From Octopus sinensis (lineage: Eukaryota), in the NCBI RefSeq assembly GCF_006345805.1, contig NC_043009.1, forward strand, positions 434,001 to 498,000: DNA of 64,000 nt, given 5' to 3'. The notes below the pieces were generated by a model, which saw nothing but the letters and a program-made list of their open reading frames with translations, was not told the DNA's origin and made no database searches. Made by a program: the position numbers and the translations under genes. This document shows, piece after piece, positions 24,037 through 37,344 of the stretch (its first letter is position 1; each line of letters starts with the position of its first letter).

Positions 24037-26015
24037 TGTGTGGAAGTTATCATATATAGGCCCAGGATTGGTTGTATGGTAAGACGCTTGCCTCCCAATC
24101 ACATGGTACCAGGTTCAGTCCCAATAGGTGGCACCTTGGGCAAGTGCTTTTCTTCTACTACAGCCTCCGGCCAACCAAAGCCTTCTGAGTGAATTTGGTA
24201 GACTGAAACCGAAAGAAGCCCGTCGCATGTGTGTGTGCGTGTGTTTGTGTTTGTTCCCAGCACCATCGCTAGACAACCAGTGTTAGTGTATTTACGTCCA
24301 CGTAACTTAATGGTTCGGCGAAAGATAACGATAGAATAAGTACCAGGCTTAATCAAAAAGAAAAATGAGTTGTGAGGTCGATTCATTCGACTAAAGAAAA
24401 ACTGAATTAAGTTTTAATAGCTTAGAAGAATATTTCAACACTGAAGTTTTCAATGCTGACGCTAGTGAAATAGTAGAATCGTCAGAGTCCAAGGCGGCGA
24501 GCTGGCAGAAACGTTAGCACGCCGGGCGAAATGCGTAGCCGTATTTCGTCTGCCGTTACGTTCTGAGTTCAAATTCCGCCGAGGTCGACTTTACCTTTCA
24601 TCCTTTCGGGATCGATAAATTAAGTACCAGTTACGCATGGGGTCGGTGTAATCGACTTAATCCGTTTGTCTGTCCTTGTTTGTCCCCTCTGTATTTAGCC
24701 CCTTGTGGGTAATAAAGAAATAGAAATAGTAGAATCGTCAGAGTGTCAGACAGAATGCTTCGCGGTACTTGGTTCAAACTATCCATGTTCTGAGTTCAAA
24801 TTCCGCCGAGGTCAACTTTGTCATTCATCTTTTCGGTGGATTAAGCTAACACTCTCCATTCAGATTTCGAGAATTCTGCAGAGGATTTGTGCATTTCCAA
24901 GTAACACTGTTTTGTTTTTGTTTTTGTTCTTGTTTTTTTCTTGTTTTTTTTTTTTAAAGCTCTATCTCAAATTTACTTCTGTTTATTTCAGTCTAGTTCG
25001 TGAGCTTCTTACTTTTTGTTCCCAAGGCTCCAACAACAAGAGATACAGCGCCCACCTTCGTCAATAACCAAAGCTTTTTTGTTTCCTACTTCAAATAATC
25101 AAATCTGACTTGTTTCTCTTCTCTTTCCGATACCCTGTCATCTCCAGGGTATGCAAATATTTAGGATTAAGCGGGTTTTGCCCCCCACCCCCACCCCGCC
25201 TTTATATCTGGTTTTCGCTGTTGACGTTGGGCGATTACATTTCACAGTGTTATTACTTTGTCATTCCCAATTACTCCTTCTGGAGCTTGTTCATTCCACG
25301 TCTTTATTCTATCCAATCCACACTTGTCACACCTCTCGCAATAAATCATTTTTACGACATTACCGTGTCATCTATTTTTCTTTTCTTTCGGGACCACCAT
25401 CGTCATAAGCCTTCTCCTTTTCCTTTTCATTCATCCTCTCTCTGTCTCACTCTGAAACTTTGCCCTTCTCTTCATATGCCTTTGGCTCTCCTCCTCCTCC
25501 TCCTCCTTCTCTCCTCCCCCTCTTCTTTTCATTTTTCGTATATCACTATGTAATAACAATGGATATAAACATTGGTACCTTGGTTGGTTGGATTCTCTAG
25601 TAACGCTTTACGCGTTACTAAGCGAGAGGGAAGAAAGCGAGAGAGAGAGAGAGAGATTAAAAGGGAGATATAAAGAGGGTTAATTTAAGAAGTACCGGAT
25701 AAGCACACCTACTAGACATGAAGCGCAGGTAGGCAATGAGTAAAGAGAATCTAGCCACAGCGAGGGAGAAAGAATCTCAGTTACGAGGATGAAACAAAGG
25801 GAATAAATGAGAAAGTAAGTTAGGGGCGGAGTTACGCAAATGAGAAATTTAATATACTGAATTTTGTTGTAAAAGAAGGAATAGTATTCATTTCATCATT
25901 TTTATATATGCACCAGGAAATTTCATAGAAATTAGATTAGAATACTAGAATGCGTGACACAGTTCTTCGTATTTCCCATGACGGCAACATATATATATAT
26001 GTACATATATTTACG

Positions 26016-26072
<57 letters not shown>

Positions 26073-26085
26073 TATATATATATAC

Positions 26086-27703
26086 TTTATTTTAAGCAGC
26101 AGAAAATTCAACAAAATCTGTTACTCTGAGTTTCTCGTTGCCGTTCATCAGACAGTTTTTGCTAGAATGGAACTGATATATCAATTCAATCTATACTCTT
26201 ACAAACGCTACACACAAAATTAAAAGAAATGGACTTGTTTGATTGGCCCTTTAGAAAAAACGGTCAATCTTCGAGCGATAAATAAAAAGGTCAAAAATAT
26301 ATGTATATATATATAAAAAACTTATAAAAATTATAAAATCCGAGGAAAAAACCTTTGACGTTATGAAGACAGTGCAAATTAATGCATAGAAATTAAACCT
26401 GTTATAAATACTGCAATACATATTTATATTAAAATCTACATATATATATCAACATACACAAAGGATGCGCGTAACGCCATACATACATATACAGACGTAT
26501 GAATATAAATCTAAATATACACATAAAAGCATGTGTACATATATTCACGCAAACCGTCTCGCACGCAAGCTAAAATTCATCTATGTAGCAATTCTCATAT
26601 ACTGAGCAAGGAGGGGGAACGAAAGAAAGGGAGAGAGAGAAAAAGGAACGAAGGAGGGGTGGGGAAAAAACGAAATAAGAGAAAATTATGTATACAAGCA
26701 GTGTAACGGTATTATTGGCATATATAGAGACCAGTATACATACACAAGTTTGAATGGATACATATACATACAGTCGTGTATTTGTGTGCTTAAGCACAAA
26801 CATATTTTCACTTACACATACACAGATACGCATGCTTACAAATACATATGCTTTGCTATACACATACTTATATAAACATTCTAATTTTGACAACATTGCT
26901 TTTTTTAAAAAAACATTGCTTTTAAAAAATGGGTGCATTAATAAAAATATATACGAAAGACATATAAAATAAAATATAACATCTTATTTTGGGTCATTTA
27001 TAAATAATCAAGGTAATCCTATGCAATACAATAACATGAAAACAAAGTTTGTAGGTTTTTCCTAATATATATGTAGAAACATAAGACTTTGCTATACGGA
27101 TTAAGATCCGCATAGCTTGGAAACAGAAACAAAATCCATCGTAGCGCTCATCGTTCAAGAGTCAAAATGAAAATCAAAATACAAAATATATACTCTATCC
27201 ATATGGTATATTTATATTCGACATTTTAAATTTAGCCGCGTGCCTACATAAGTTCATTAGCTCACTTCTTTGATTCAAAGAATTATTGTCTTTGAATAAG
27301 ATGTACATTTTTTCTAATAGACAAGGCTTGCACTTGAAATTATTTTTGTATGCTCCATGCCTGTATGGTGCCGCCCTGTCCAGAATGCTCCATGTCACGT
27401 TGAAAGGTGGGGCTTCCTTTTCTTTTAGTTCCCAGACATATTTTGCTAGGCCGGTTTTCTTCCTATTCTCTGGGTATTTAAATAATCCATTTCTTTTTAA
27501 AGGTGTAGCGTTTGTAAGAGTATAGATTGAATTGATATATCAGTTCCATTCTAGCAAAAACTGTCTGATGAACGGCAACGAGAAACTCAGAGTAACAGAT
27601 TTTGTTGAATTTTCTGCTGCTTAAAATAAAGCATATTACTCTACCACTGGTATTTGAGTACTCTTTTTTTCCACCTTGTTTCACATTTATGTGTTTACTC
27701 CGG

Positions 27704-27705
<2 letters not shown>
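26086..27705 (-). mobile_element. 5'-truncated Penelope-like element with an inverted copy of its 3' repeat
   Basis: Minus frame KTGLAKYVWELKEK...VTWSILDRAAPY...CKPCLLEKMYIL...LNQRSELMNLCRH (GIY-YIG C-terminus). 26086-26213 is the reverse complement of 27503-27630. Confidence 0.85.
27556..27604 (+). ncRNA. Minimal type I hammerhead ribozyme motif (inverted twin at 26112-26160, minus)
   Basis: CTGT-CTGATGA-ACGGCAACGA-GAAA-CTC-A-GAG-TA-ACAG: helix I CTGT/ACAG, intact core, helix III ACTC/GAGT, GUA cleavage triplet. Confidence 0.8.
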
Positions 27706-27769
<64 letters not shown>

Positions 27770-27968
27770 AAATGCACAGATATACATACAACACATACAT
27801 ACATGTGTGTGTGTGTATGTGTGGGTATGTATATATATGTATATATGTATAAATGTACATATATACATACCCACACATACACACACACATGTTTGTATGT
27901 GTTGTATGTATATCTATGCATTTATACACACACACACACATATATATATACATATATATATATATAAT

Positions 27969-28004
<36 letters not shown>

Positions 28005-30373
28005 CGACGAGGTGGAAGAATTCTATCGACAACTAGACAAAGGGCTGGCTATGAAGTCCACTTACACTGTCGTGATGGGAGAGAGAAACGAGAGAGGAGA
28101 ACGTTTGGCTACCATGGCAGAGGCGAGGCAGCTCTACATCGGAAACAGCCTATTCAGAAAGAGAGAGAGGAAGAGATGGACTTGGATATCGCCGAACTCT
28201 AAGCACCGAAGCGAGATCGACTACATCCTGGTTGATAAGCGACGCATATTGCATGACGTCTCCGTCATGACGCCATTCAACACCGGCAGCGATCATCGTC
28301 TGGTAAGGGCGAGGGTCGTCATCGACAGGAAGAGGGAAAAGATGGCGTTATATTTGGCGTCGAAGGAAAAACGTGTCCGAGTCTACAACGAGGCAAAGCT
28401 GCAGGAAGCCATCATGCAGGAAGACTACAACTCACTGATAGGGAAACTGAAGGAGTGTTTAAGGAAGGCTAAGGGTGTATGCCCAAGAGAAAAGAAGGGA
28501 AGAATCTCGGAAGAAACTACGAAGTTATTCGAGAAGAGGAAAATATGAAGAGGACTATTGAAGATCACCTTCAATATTCCATTCTCAGCAGAGTAATTCG
28601 TCAGCAACTAAAGAAATACTTTGAGGCGTACCGGATGGAGAAGCTCTTGAAGGCCGCAGAGGAAAAGAAGAGCCTCAAGAAATGCAAGAGGGACATGGTA
28701 CTATATAGATCGGAGGTGACGGCCCTGAAAAATACAAATGGAGTGCCGGTCAACGAGAAGAGCGAGATGGAAAAAGTTTGTGAAGACTTCTACACCAAGC
28801 TCTTTAAGTCTACCAGAAATGTCCAGCCGTTACCACCACTCCAACAGGAAGAAAACATGCCCCCTATCCTTGTCAGTGAGGTTGAAAGAGCCATCGGCTC
28901 GATGAAAAACGGAAAGGCTCCAGGGAAAGACGATGTAACATCGGAGGTGCTAAAGTCCAGAGCAGCTCTGGAAAATCCTCGCTGAGCGATTTATGCACTA
29001 TCTAGACAAGGGAAGAATTCCCTCGCAGTGGAAAGAGTCAAATACCATCCTGCTGTATAAGAAGGGCGACAGAGAAGATCTAAAGAACTACCGACCCATA
29101 TGCCTGCTGTCTCACGTGTACAAGCGGTTCACGAAGATAATTCTGAACAGGTTGTCACGTCGTCTCGACAAACAACAACCGAGGGAACAAGCAGGCTTGC
29201 GGAAGAACTACAGCACAATGGACCATATATTTACTCTAACGCAACTGCTTGAGCGAGCAAATGAGTACAAGCTGCCTCTTTGCGTTGCGTTTATAGATTA
29301 TGAGAAGGCCTTCGATAGCGTCAAAACCAACGCAGTGCTGAACTCGCTGCAGAGGCAAGGAATTGAAGCGGCGCAATATGTGCAGCTGCTCAGAGAGGCA
29401 AATTCCGGATGCACCACCGACATAGCTCTACTCCCATCACCCATACGAGTGCCGGTCGAGAAGGGAGTGAAGCAAGGAGATACAATCTCCCCAAAACTTT
29501 TCACTACATGTCTCGAACAGATCATCAGAGACATCGACTGGCAAGGTGATGTCAGCATCAATGGCGAGCTCCTCACTCACCTCCGTTTCGCTGACGACAT
29601 CGTACTCATCGCTGAAAACATGGATCAGCTTCAGACCATGCTGACGGAGCTCGACATCAAAAGTTCTGCAGTAGGTCTCAAGATGAACCGCATGAAAACA
29701 AAGTTCATGCGGTCAGACAATGTACCAACAGGTAGAATGGTGATCGGCAGTGATGAAATAGAGGAGGTGAGGGAATATGTCTACCTGGGACAGGAAGTAA
29801 ATATGTGCCGGGTTATCAAAAAGGAGATCTTACGGAGAGTAAGAGCCGGATGGAAGGCGTTCAATGGCATAAGGGATGTGCTCAAGCGAAGGTTGGACAG
29901 GACCACCCGCGCCAACCTCATTAACAGTGCAGTTCTGCCTGCAATGTTGTATGGTAGTGAAACATGGGCTACCACAAAGAGAGAAAAGCAAAGACTGGTA
30001 ACGGCTCAAAGAGCCATGGAAAGGTCAATGCTTGGTATCTCGTTGAGAGAGCACATAAGTAGCAAAATCATCAGAAAGAAGTCCGGCGTGAGAGATGTCA
30101 TCGCAGAGTATACACGCAGCAAGTATAGATGGGCTGGACACGTCGCCCGGCTCACCGATAATCGGTGGACGCACGCAGCTGTCGAGTGGTACCCGCGTGA
30201 GCGGAAAAGACCACCCGGAAGACCTCCACGACGGTGGAGCTACGATATCAGGAGGACGATTGGGATCACGTGGATGAGAAAGGCGCGATCCAGAGAGGAG
30301 TGGACAGTGTGCTGTGACCAGCGGTATCAAACGGACGCCTGACGGACTGGTCGGTCAAGGTGATCAAGGTGAT
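28005..30373 (+). mobile_element. 5'-truncated RTE-clade LINE (partial APE plus RT), in (TA)n
   Basis: SEIDYILV...GSDHRLV (APE); 449-aa ORF 28993-30342 with YRPICLL, FIDYEKAFDS, GVKQGDTISPKLF, LRFADD; tandem tail CAAGGTGAT x2. Confidence 0.95.
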
Positions 30374-30392
30374 ATATATGTATGTATTGTAA

Positions 30393-30464
<72 letters not shown>

Positions 30465-31122
30465 AAAAAATATATATAAAAATACAAAATGGGACAAGAA
30501 CGCAAAACATTCAAATAGACGATACAAAAAACGGACAGGTCATTCGAAGCCTTTAATCTTCAGTCAAGAACCGGATCTTTGTCCGTGTGTATATGTGTAT
30601 GTGTGTGTGTGTGTGTGTATGTGTGTGTGTGTGTGTTTGTGTGTGTGTGTATGTGTGTGTGTGTGATGTGCATGGCCTAGTAGTTTACCTGGTTGCACTC
30701 ACGATCCTAAGATCTGCCCGCATGGCCAGTGCAATGGCCTCACTCGAAAACTATAACCGTAGAAAAGAGGTATAGAGGGAATTATCATAAGACTTGTAGG
30801 ATGAGAGCGCATACTAGGCTTGGGACAGGCAATGAGTCAAGGAACACTGCTCACAGATAACACAATGTTTCATGCTGGGACACTGCCTTGAAGGGTTTAC
30901 TCGAACACACCGACCCAAAGATAAAAACAAACTACCTCCGGTTGTGGGAGACAAACAGAAATACAAAAACACATATACACATATATTCATACCGAGGAAC
31001 TGGACGGCCTGGTTCTATAGTAGAAGACACTAGCTCAAGGTCCCGCGCAGTGAGGCTAAACCCGAAACCACGTAGTTGCAAAGCGACCTTCTTAACCACG
31101 CAATTATATCTGCACCTATGCC

Positions 31123-31920
31123 GGCGAGCTGGCAGAAACGTTAGCACGCCGGGTGAGATGCTTAGCCGTATTTCGTCTGCCGCTACGTTCTGAGTTCAAA
31201 TTTCGCCGAGGTCGACTTTGCCTTTCATCCTTTCAGGATCAATTAAATAAGTACCAATTACGCACTGGGGTCGATGTAATCGACTTAATCCGTTTGTCTG
31301 TCCTTGTTTGTCCTCTCTGTGTTTAGCCCCTTGTGGGTAATAAAGAAATAGGTATTTCGTCTGCCGTTACGTTCTGAGTTCAAATTCCAACGAGGTCGAA
31401 TTTGCCTTTCATCCTTTCGGGGTCGATTAAAAAAGTACCAGTTACGCACCGGGGTCGATATAATCGACTTAATCCGTTTGTCTGTCCTTGTTTGTCCTCT
31501 CTGTGTTTAGCCCCTTGCGGGTAGTAAAGAAATAGGTATTTCGTCTGTCTTTATGTTCTGAGTTCAAATTCCGCCGAGGTCGATAAATTAAGCACCACTT
31601 GTGTGCTGGGTCGATCTAATCGACTGGCCCCCTTCCAAAAACTTTCGGGCTTTGTGCCTTGAGTAGAGAAGATTATTCTGGTGCCAGAAGACGGCGAGCT
31701 GGCAGAAACAGTAGCACATCGGACATAACATTCAGCGTAATCTTTTTCGGTTCTTTACGTCCTGAATTCAAATTCTGTCGAAATCTACTTTGTCTTTCTT
31801 CCCTTCAGGCCCGATAAAATAAAGTACAAATGAAGCACTAGGGCCCATGTAATCAACCCGCCTTCACCACCCCGCCCCAGACCTCCTGAGTTTCTTCTTA
31901 ACTTAGAAGGGATTATTTTG
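31123..31920 (+). mobile_element. Tandem array of family-A SINEs
   Basis: One complete head, then head-less units joined at GAAATAGGTATTTCGTCTG (about 31350 and 31530). The last units switch to the alternative CCCCC..AAAA..GGC.TTGTGCC tail. Confidence 0.9.
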
Positions 31921-32323
31921 TTACCAAGCAAGCAAAGGAATCAACTTCGGACAACAGCCACCATCCCGACAAATATTTTCCGGACATCCTCACTTAACTG
32001 ACCCAGCCGAAGGTGAAAAAGTCGAATGCCGCTCCATGGCCATAGAAAAATTATTGGTGATAAGTCCCGAAGCATCCGAAATACGTAACGTGGAACCTAC
32101 CGGAACATCATATATTCTTTTTAAAGATATTAAAATTTAATAAGATCAGACGTTATTCTCTCTCTACTTCCCCTTCTCTGTCTCTCTCTCTCTCCTGTAG
32201 TAGTAGTAGTAGTAGTAGTAGTAGCAGTAGCAGTAGTAGTAGTAGTAGTAGTAATGATGCTGGTGGTGACGGTGATGGTAGCTGTGGTTGTAGTTGAGGT
32301 GATGGGGCAGCAGCAGCAGTAGT

Positions 32324-32421
<98 letters not shown>

Positions 32422-32559
32422 GGTGGTGGTGGCGGCGGCGGCGGTGGTGGAAGTAGTAGTAGTAGTAGTTAGTGGTGGTGGTGGTGGTAATGGTGGTATT
32501 GGTGGCGGTAGTAGCGGTGGTGGTGGTAGTAGGTTTTGTTGTTTAAGCCCAGTTCAACC

Positions 32560-32805
32560 GTGTTTGGATAGTCTTAATGGTAAAGATTTCAATTCCTAGG
32601 ATGACGTAAATAGATACTTTGATGAATTCTTTGCCATGAAACCACCCCAATTCTGGAAGAGGGTATTTTCAAGTTAAAGAAAAGATGGAAACGCATTGTG
32701 CAACAAAATGGTTCATATTTGGTTGATTAAAAATTTTATGGCAAGTATTTATTGACCTTTTTCTTTCTTTTAAAAATCGGCACGAACTTTCCGGACAACC
32801 GAATA
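32560..32805 (+). mobile_element. Mariner 3' fragment with right TIR (same family as 2369-2892)
   Basis: DSLNGKDFNS*DDVNRYFDEFFAMKPP and AAAATCGGCACGAACTTTCCGGACAACC. Confidence 0.88.
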
Positions 32806-32871
32806 TATTTGAAGATCTACACTTGTACACTATTTTCTTGCTTTTTGTATATCTTTCTTTACTCCTTGGAG

Positions 32872-32953
32872 CAAGATGGCGAGATTGCTGGGGTGGGGTT
32901 CCTTGTAACACGAGTCGGGTATTTAGTTCCTGGCCCAGGCCACTTGGCAATAG
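32872..32953 (+). other. Candidate 5' UTR exon
   Basis: Pyrimidine-rich stretch then AG, CAAGATGGCG (YY1-like; short uORF MARLLGWGSL*), donor ATAG|GTAAAT. Confidence 0.25.
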
Positions 32954-33288
32954 GTAAATGTCAAGTTCCTTTATTCCTTCCTAAGCATTAAATTAACCAG
33001 TTAGCGTTTGTTGTTTCCGTGCTAATTTATAGAATACACACACACGCGCACACACTCACACACACGCACACACACGCACACACACACACACACCACACAC
33101 ACACACACACCAACTCACAAGCATACATAAATACGTGCATATATTTATACATGCACATGGGAATTTACAAACTTGTATGTGTGTGTGTGCGTACATTTAT
33201 ATATATATATATATATATACTCTTAAAATAATCAGCGTTCGGCGTTAATTTTCCTACATACAGTAAGAAAACTAAAAATCTTACCACC

Positions 33289-33325
33289 ATGAACGGATTA
33301 TATTATGGAATATGCCTTTTATTCG
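33289..33325 (+). CDS. Candidate first coding exon (exon 33264-33325): MNGLYYGICLLF, signal-peptide start, phase 1
   Basis: Acceptor TTAATTTTCCTACATACAG, Kozak-like ACCACCATG, hydrophobic N-terminus, donor G|GTAAGT. Confidence 0.45.
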
Positions 33326-33360
33326 GTAAGTTGTATTAACAACTAAAACTTTTGGGAGAG

Positions 33361-33399
<39 letters not shown>

Positions 33400-34403
33400 T
33401 GGAGAGAGAGAGAGAGAAAGAGAGAGGAGAGAGAAAGAGAGAGCGAGAGAGAGAGAGAAAGAGAGAGAGTATGACGATAATGTTTTACATTTCTTTGTTT
33501 ATAATTTTAAGTGCAAAGCCCGCAAATTTGAATAAAAGGGACTTAGTCGAATCGGTTTTCTCTACTGATACTTTACCCGTAGCCTGTCCTGTAAAATACA
33601 GATCTTTCCCCGTCCGTTCATGCATCATATATGACACACATTCCCAATTTTTATATATTTATTTTTCATCAACTTGACACCTAATTTATGATAGAAGTAC
33701 TTTTCCATTATTCAGGACGTATGAAACAAGGGCTAACTTAAAATTTGAAAACTAGCAGGGGCCTTTGGGGCAAACTTACAAAAATTCTTTCGACTGGCAA
33801 AGGCATAAATATTGGAACGAAATTCGTTTAGTGAGTGCAAACCCAGGTCCAGGCCAGGATGTTCAAAGCGTTTCATCTCTCACATATTTTAGGGAGTGCG
33901 TTTGCACTCACTGCATCCCTTGTTCCCTCTCCTATGGAGAAAGGGTTAATTTTATTTACTGATAATTGAGGGATGAAAGGCGAAGATGACCCCACAAGTA
34001 TTTGAACTCAGAGAGTAAAAAGGCCGAATGACGCAAGAGAGTCTTATTTTTTTCCGATCCCGTGTAGCAAATGGTTATACCAGTTCGCTTGCTTTCCAAA
34101 TTACTTGATCTGTTTTAGATTTTTATAACTTAGCAGGGCGATGTGTAGAACTTGACAGTCCTTCTAGACATATTAACTCTTTGTAGACATTTTGACTTGT
34201 TAGAATCTTTTATTTTTCATCTTCTACTTGTCTCACTCATTGGACTGCGACCACGCTGGAGCACGGCCTTGTAGGATTTAGTCGAACATATCGCATCCAG
34301 TCCTTTCTTTAAGTTGATACATATTCTGCAGGGCTTTTTTGCTGAACCGCTACATTACGGGGACCTAAACCAAACACTGTCGGTTGTCTAGTGGTGGTAG
34401 GGA

Positions 34404-34434
<31 letters not shown>

Positions 34435-34714
34435 TATGACCGGTTTCGATACACTGTTTGTCTACAAAATTCACTGACAAATAATCGGCCGGCCCGGGGC
34501 TTTAGTAGAAGTTGACGCGCTGTGTGACTGATCCCGAAACCATGTAGTTGTGAAGCGGCCTTCTTAATCACTCAGCTTTGCCTGTGCCTCGATATTTCTC
34601 GGTTGACAGTTTTGCATGGAATTTGTTTTTAGCTACAAACTGCTGAAAACACTTATTCACAACGTTTCTTTCTGGTCTGAGTTGTTGGCTGTTGTTATTA
34701 CTTCAAAATTCTAG

Positions 34715-35013
34715 TGTTCTTTACACACCTCACGTATCCCTCAATTTTTCTTCCGTACGACGAGGCTTACATGTACCCTGGTTGGAGAACTCCTAGACGA
34801 GTAGGAAGACGCACGGCGAGCATGGAAGCCGCGGGCGCGAGCTCGGGTGAAGTCGCTGTGAGTGATAATCTCGGTGGTAGTAGCAAATATTCTAACTGTA
34901 CCTTGGAGATCATTTGCAGACATGTGTACGGAGGAACGGACCAACTCGAGAGCTTTAAATCGTACGGACCCGAATTTTCCAAAGAAGAATTTAGTAGAAT
35001 ATCAATTTTCTAA
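34715..35013 (+). CDS. Candidate second exon (phase 1): VFFTHLTYPSIFLPYDEAYMYPGWRTPRRVGRR...YSNCTLEIICRHVYGG...RISIF*
   Basis: Moderate acceptor CTTCAAAATTCTAG; in frame with the signal exon and extends the hydrophobic core. Internal donor GCT|GTGAGT possible. No recognised homolog. Confidence 0.25.
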
Positions 35014-37344
35014 TATTAGTTAGAAAGCAGTAGAATATCAGCCATCTTAGAAAACTTTGCACTATTTCTTCTGTCCCTCCGTTCTATGCGTTCAAATTCT
35101 GTCGATGCCGTCCCAGCCATTAATCAAATCGGCGTTGCTAAATAAAATAGCTGTCATATTTCGATCGCTTTTTCTTTCCTTTTTCTTTCCTTCTTTCTTT
35201 CTTTATTTATTTATTTATTTATTTATTTCTTAATTGGCTCCTTGAAGGGTCCGGAAAAACAGTATTCATGTCACAGACTTACTTATCTTATTCCTACTCA
35301 GGGGACACAACGAATAAGAAAGAATGATTATTATTGCCTATTGATAAGTTCGTAGATGTCTTCGATTAGATAAATTTTCGAAAAGAGTGAAAATCTTGAA
35401 GTATTGGACTTTTTTTCCACCATCGGTCCGAATTCCTCAATAGACTAATAACTGGCTCTGCACACCATTACCAAATCGCCCTTGGATTTAAGATTTTATA
35501 TTGTTGGGATCAATAACCAGTTGTTGTTGTTTCCCGCCAACAGGTCAACCATGAGAAACTTATCTTTAAATGTCCTCCGGCTATGATCATTCAGTCACCT
35601 TATTTTTCAAACATTGCATATTTTACCTTTTAGCATAATAATCTCTGTTAATATTAGAGGGCGGGCTTATTCGAAAACCTCCATCAAAACAAACTCTTAT
35701 TGTAATGTAGATTTGTTTGAAGCCCACACACTTGTACTTTTGTTTTAATACTCCTATGCTTAGTATGCTAGATATGTAGCACATGCTGCAAGTAGACAGT
35801 AAAGTTGGCACTAAGTAAATTGCCTTGAAGAGATTTTGGAACTCTGAGATAAAACGCACCAAATCTTTCATGCTTATGAAAAGTAGAAAAATTATTTAAA
35901 ACTCCTCTTCTATTGCCATTTCAGACCGCATTCGCGATTTTTCCCGAGACAGGTTTAAAAATTTGCTAAGAGAGAGCAGTGAAAATAATTTATTTTAAAA
36001 AAAATGTCAGTAAAAAATTAATTCAGTGAAATTAGCTGAACAGTGCAATTAGTGGACATTAGCAGCTAGGACATCAGAACTATAAAAATTTTGCCACCAT
36101 ATTTTTGAAAACATATGCTGCTTTATCTCCAATAGTTTTGAAATTAATGAAGCAGGACATTTGAAAATTAGGCAAAGCCCAGCAATTTTAAGGGAGTGAG
36201 ACAAGTCAATTGAATTCGACTGAAACTGTTACTCGCTTTATCGACCCCAAATTACTGGACTCGTGCCAAATTTTGAAAAAAATTAAAAATTGGAGTTTAA
36301 GGCTGCGCACTGGCGGAATCAGTAACGAATTGAACAAAATACCAAGCGGCATTTCTTCCGGCTCTTTACGTTTTGAGTTCAAATTCCACCGAGGGTGATT
36401 TTTACCTTTCATCCTTTCTTGGTTTACTGACCACTGACGTCGATATAATCGACTTATCCCATCCACTGAAACTGCTGGTTTTGTGCCAAAATCTAAAACC
36501 GTTATTAATCTAGTGTGCTGAGTATAACAATTAACATGGAATTTCAGTGGAAGGGGTTAATTTTGATTTCTTTTAATCAAGTCTATATCGTAGAACAAGG
36601 AGTGGTGGCCTGGGGTGGCCTGGTATCAAAAAGGTTAACAAATTAAAGGGCTCAATATTGATAACATTATAGTCGAAATATTCAGCAATGAAGGAATGAA
36701 TGCTTAAAAAAGTATTAAAAAGGGTAAGTATTCAATACAGACAGCAGTGGATCCTCACCGTTTGACGACGAGGATTTGGTTGTTCTATCAACAGAATTGT
36801 TTGCCTCTTAATTAGAGAGTGAATTACTGCGTATTCCTCAGACACGAGCAACTTCCCGTAATTCTCCGCCAGAACCAGCTTCACACATCGAGCGTGACCA
36901 GGCCGTACATTTTGAATTACAGGAAACTTTTGAATTCATGCGTTTGTACGTTTTCCGTCTACACAACTTTACTCATGCATTATGAACTGGAAGGAGGCTG
37001 CCCAAAAAGACATTTGCCCAGGATCTCAGGCAGAAGGATCAAGCGCGTGGCCTCATTTAAAAGCGGTCTTCTTAACCAATCGGCCATGCTTCCTCTACAT
37101 ATACATAGATATATTTATTTATTGCCCACAAGGGGCTAAACATAAAGGGGACAAACAAGGACAAACAAACGGATAAAGTCGATTATATCGACCCCAATGC
37201 GTAACTGGTACTTAATTTATCGACCCCGAAAGGATGAAAGGCAAAGTCGACCTCGGCGGAATTTGAACTCAGAACGTAGCGGCAGACGAAATAACAATAA
37301 GCATTTCGCCCAGGGCGCTAACGAGTCTGCCAGCTCGCCGCCTT

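Noticed and set aside
25598-25620. Perfect 9-bp hairpin TAGTAACGC-TTTAC-GCGTTACTA, with a nearby GC box and octamer-like motifs
   Set aside because: Expected by chance at this scale; no supporting transcript structure.
30470-30580. CTGAAGA...GAA motif on the minus strand (also at 54045-54170)
   Set aside because: Lacks GAAA and a helix I pairing. It is a short repeat family, but a hammerhead is not supportable.
33765-33962. Cys-rich ORF end RECVCTHCIPC suggesting a cystine knot
   Set aside because: The frame exists only in copy 2 because of a 2-nt indel; no upstream cysteines and no suitable acceptor or phase.
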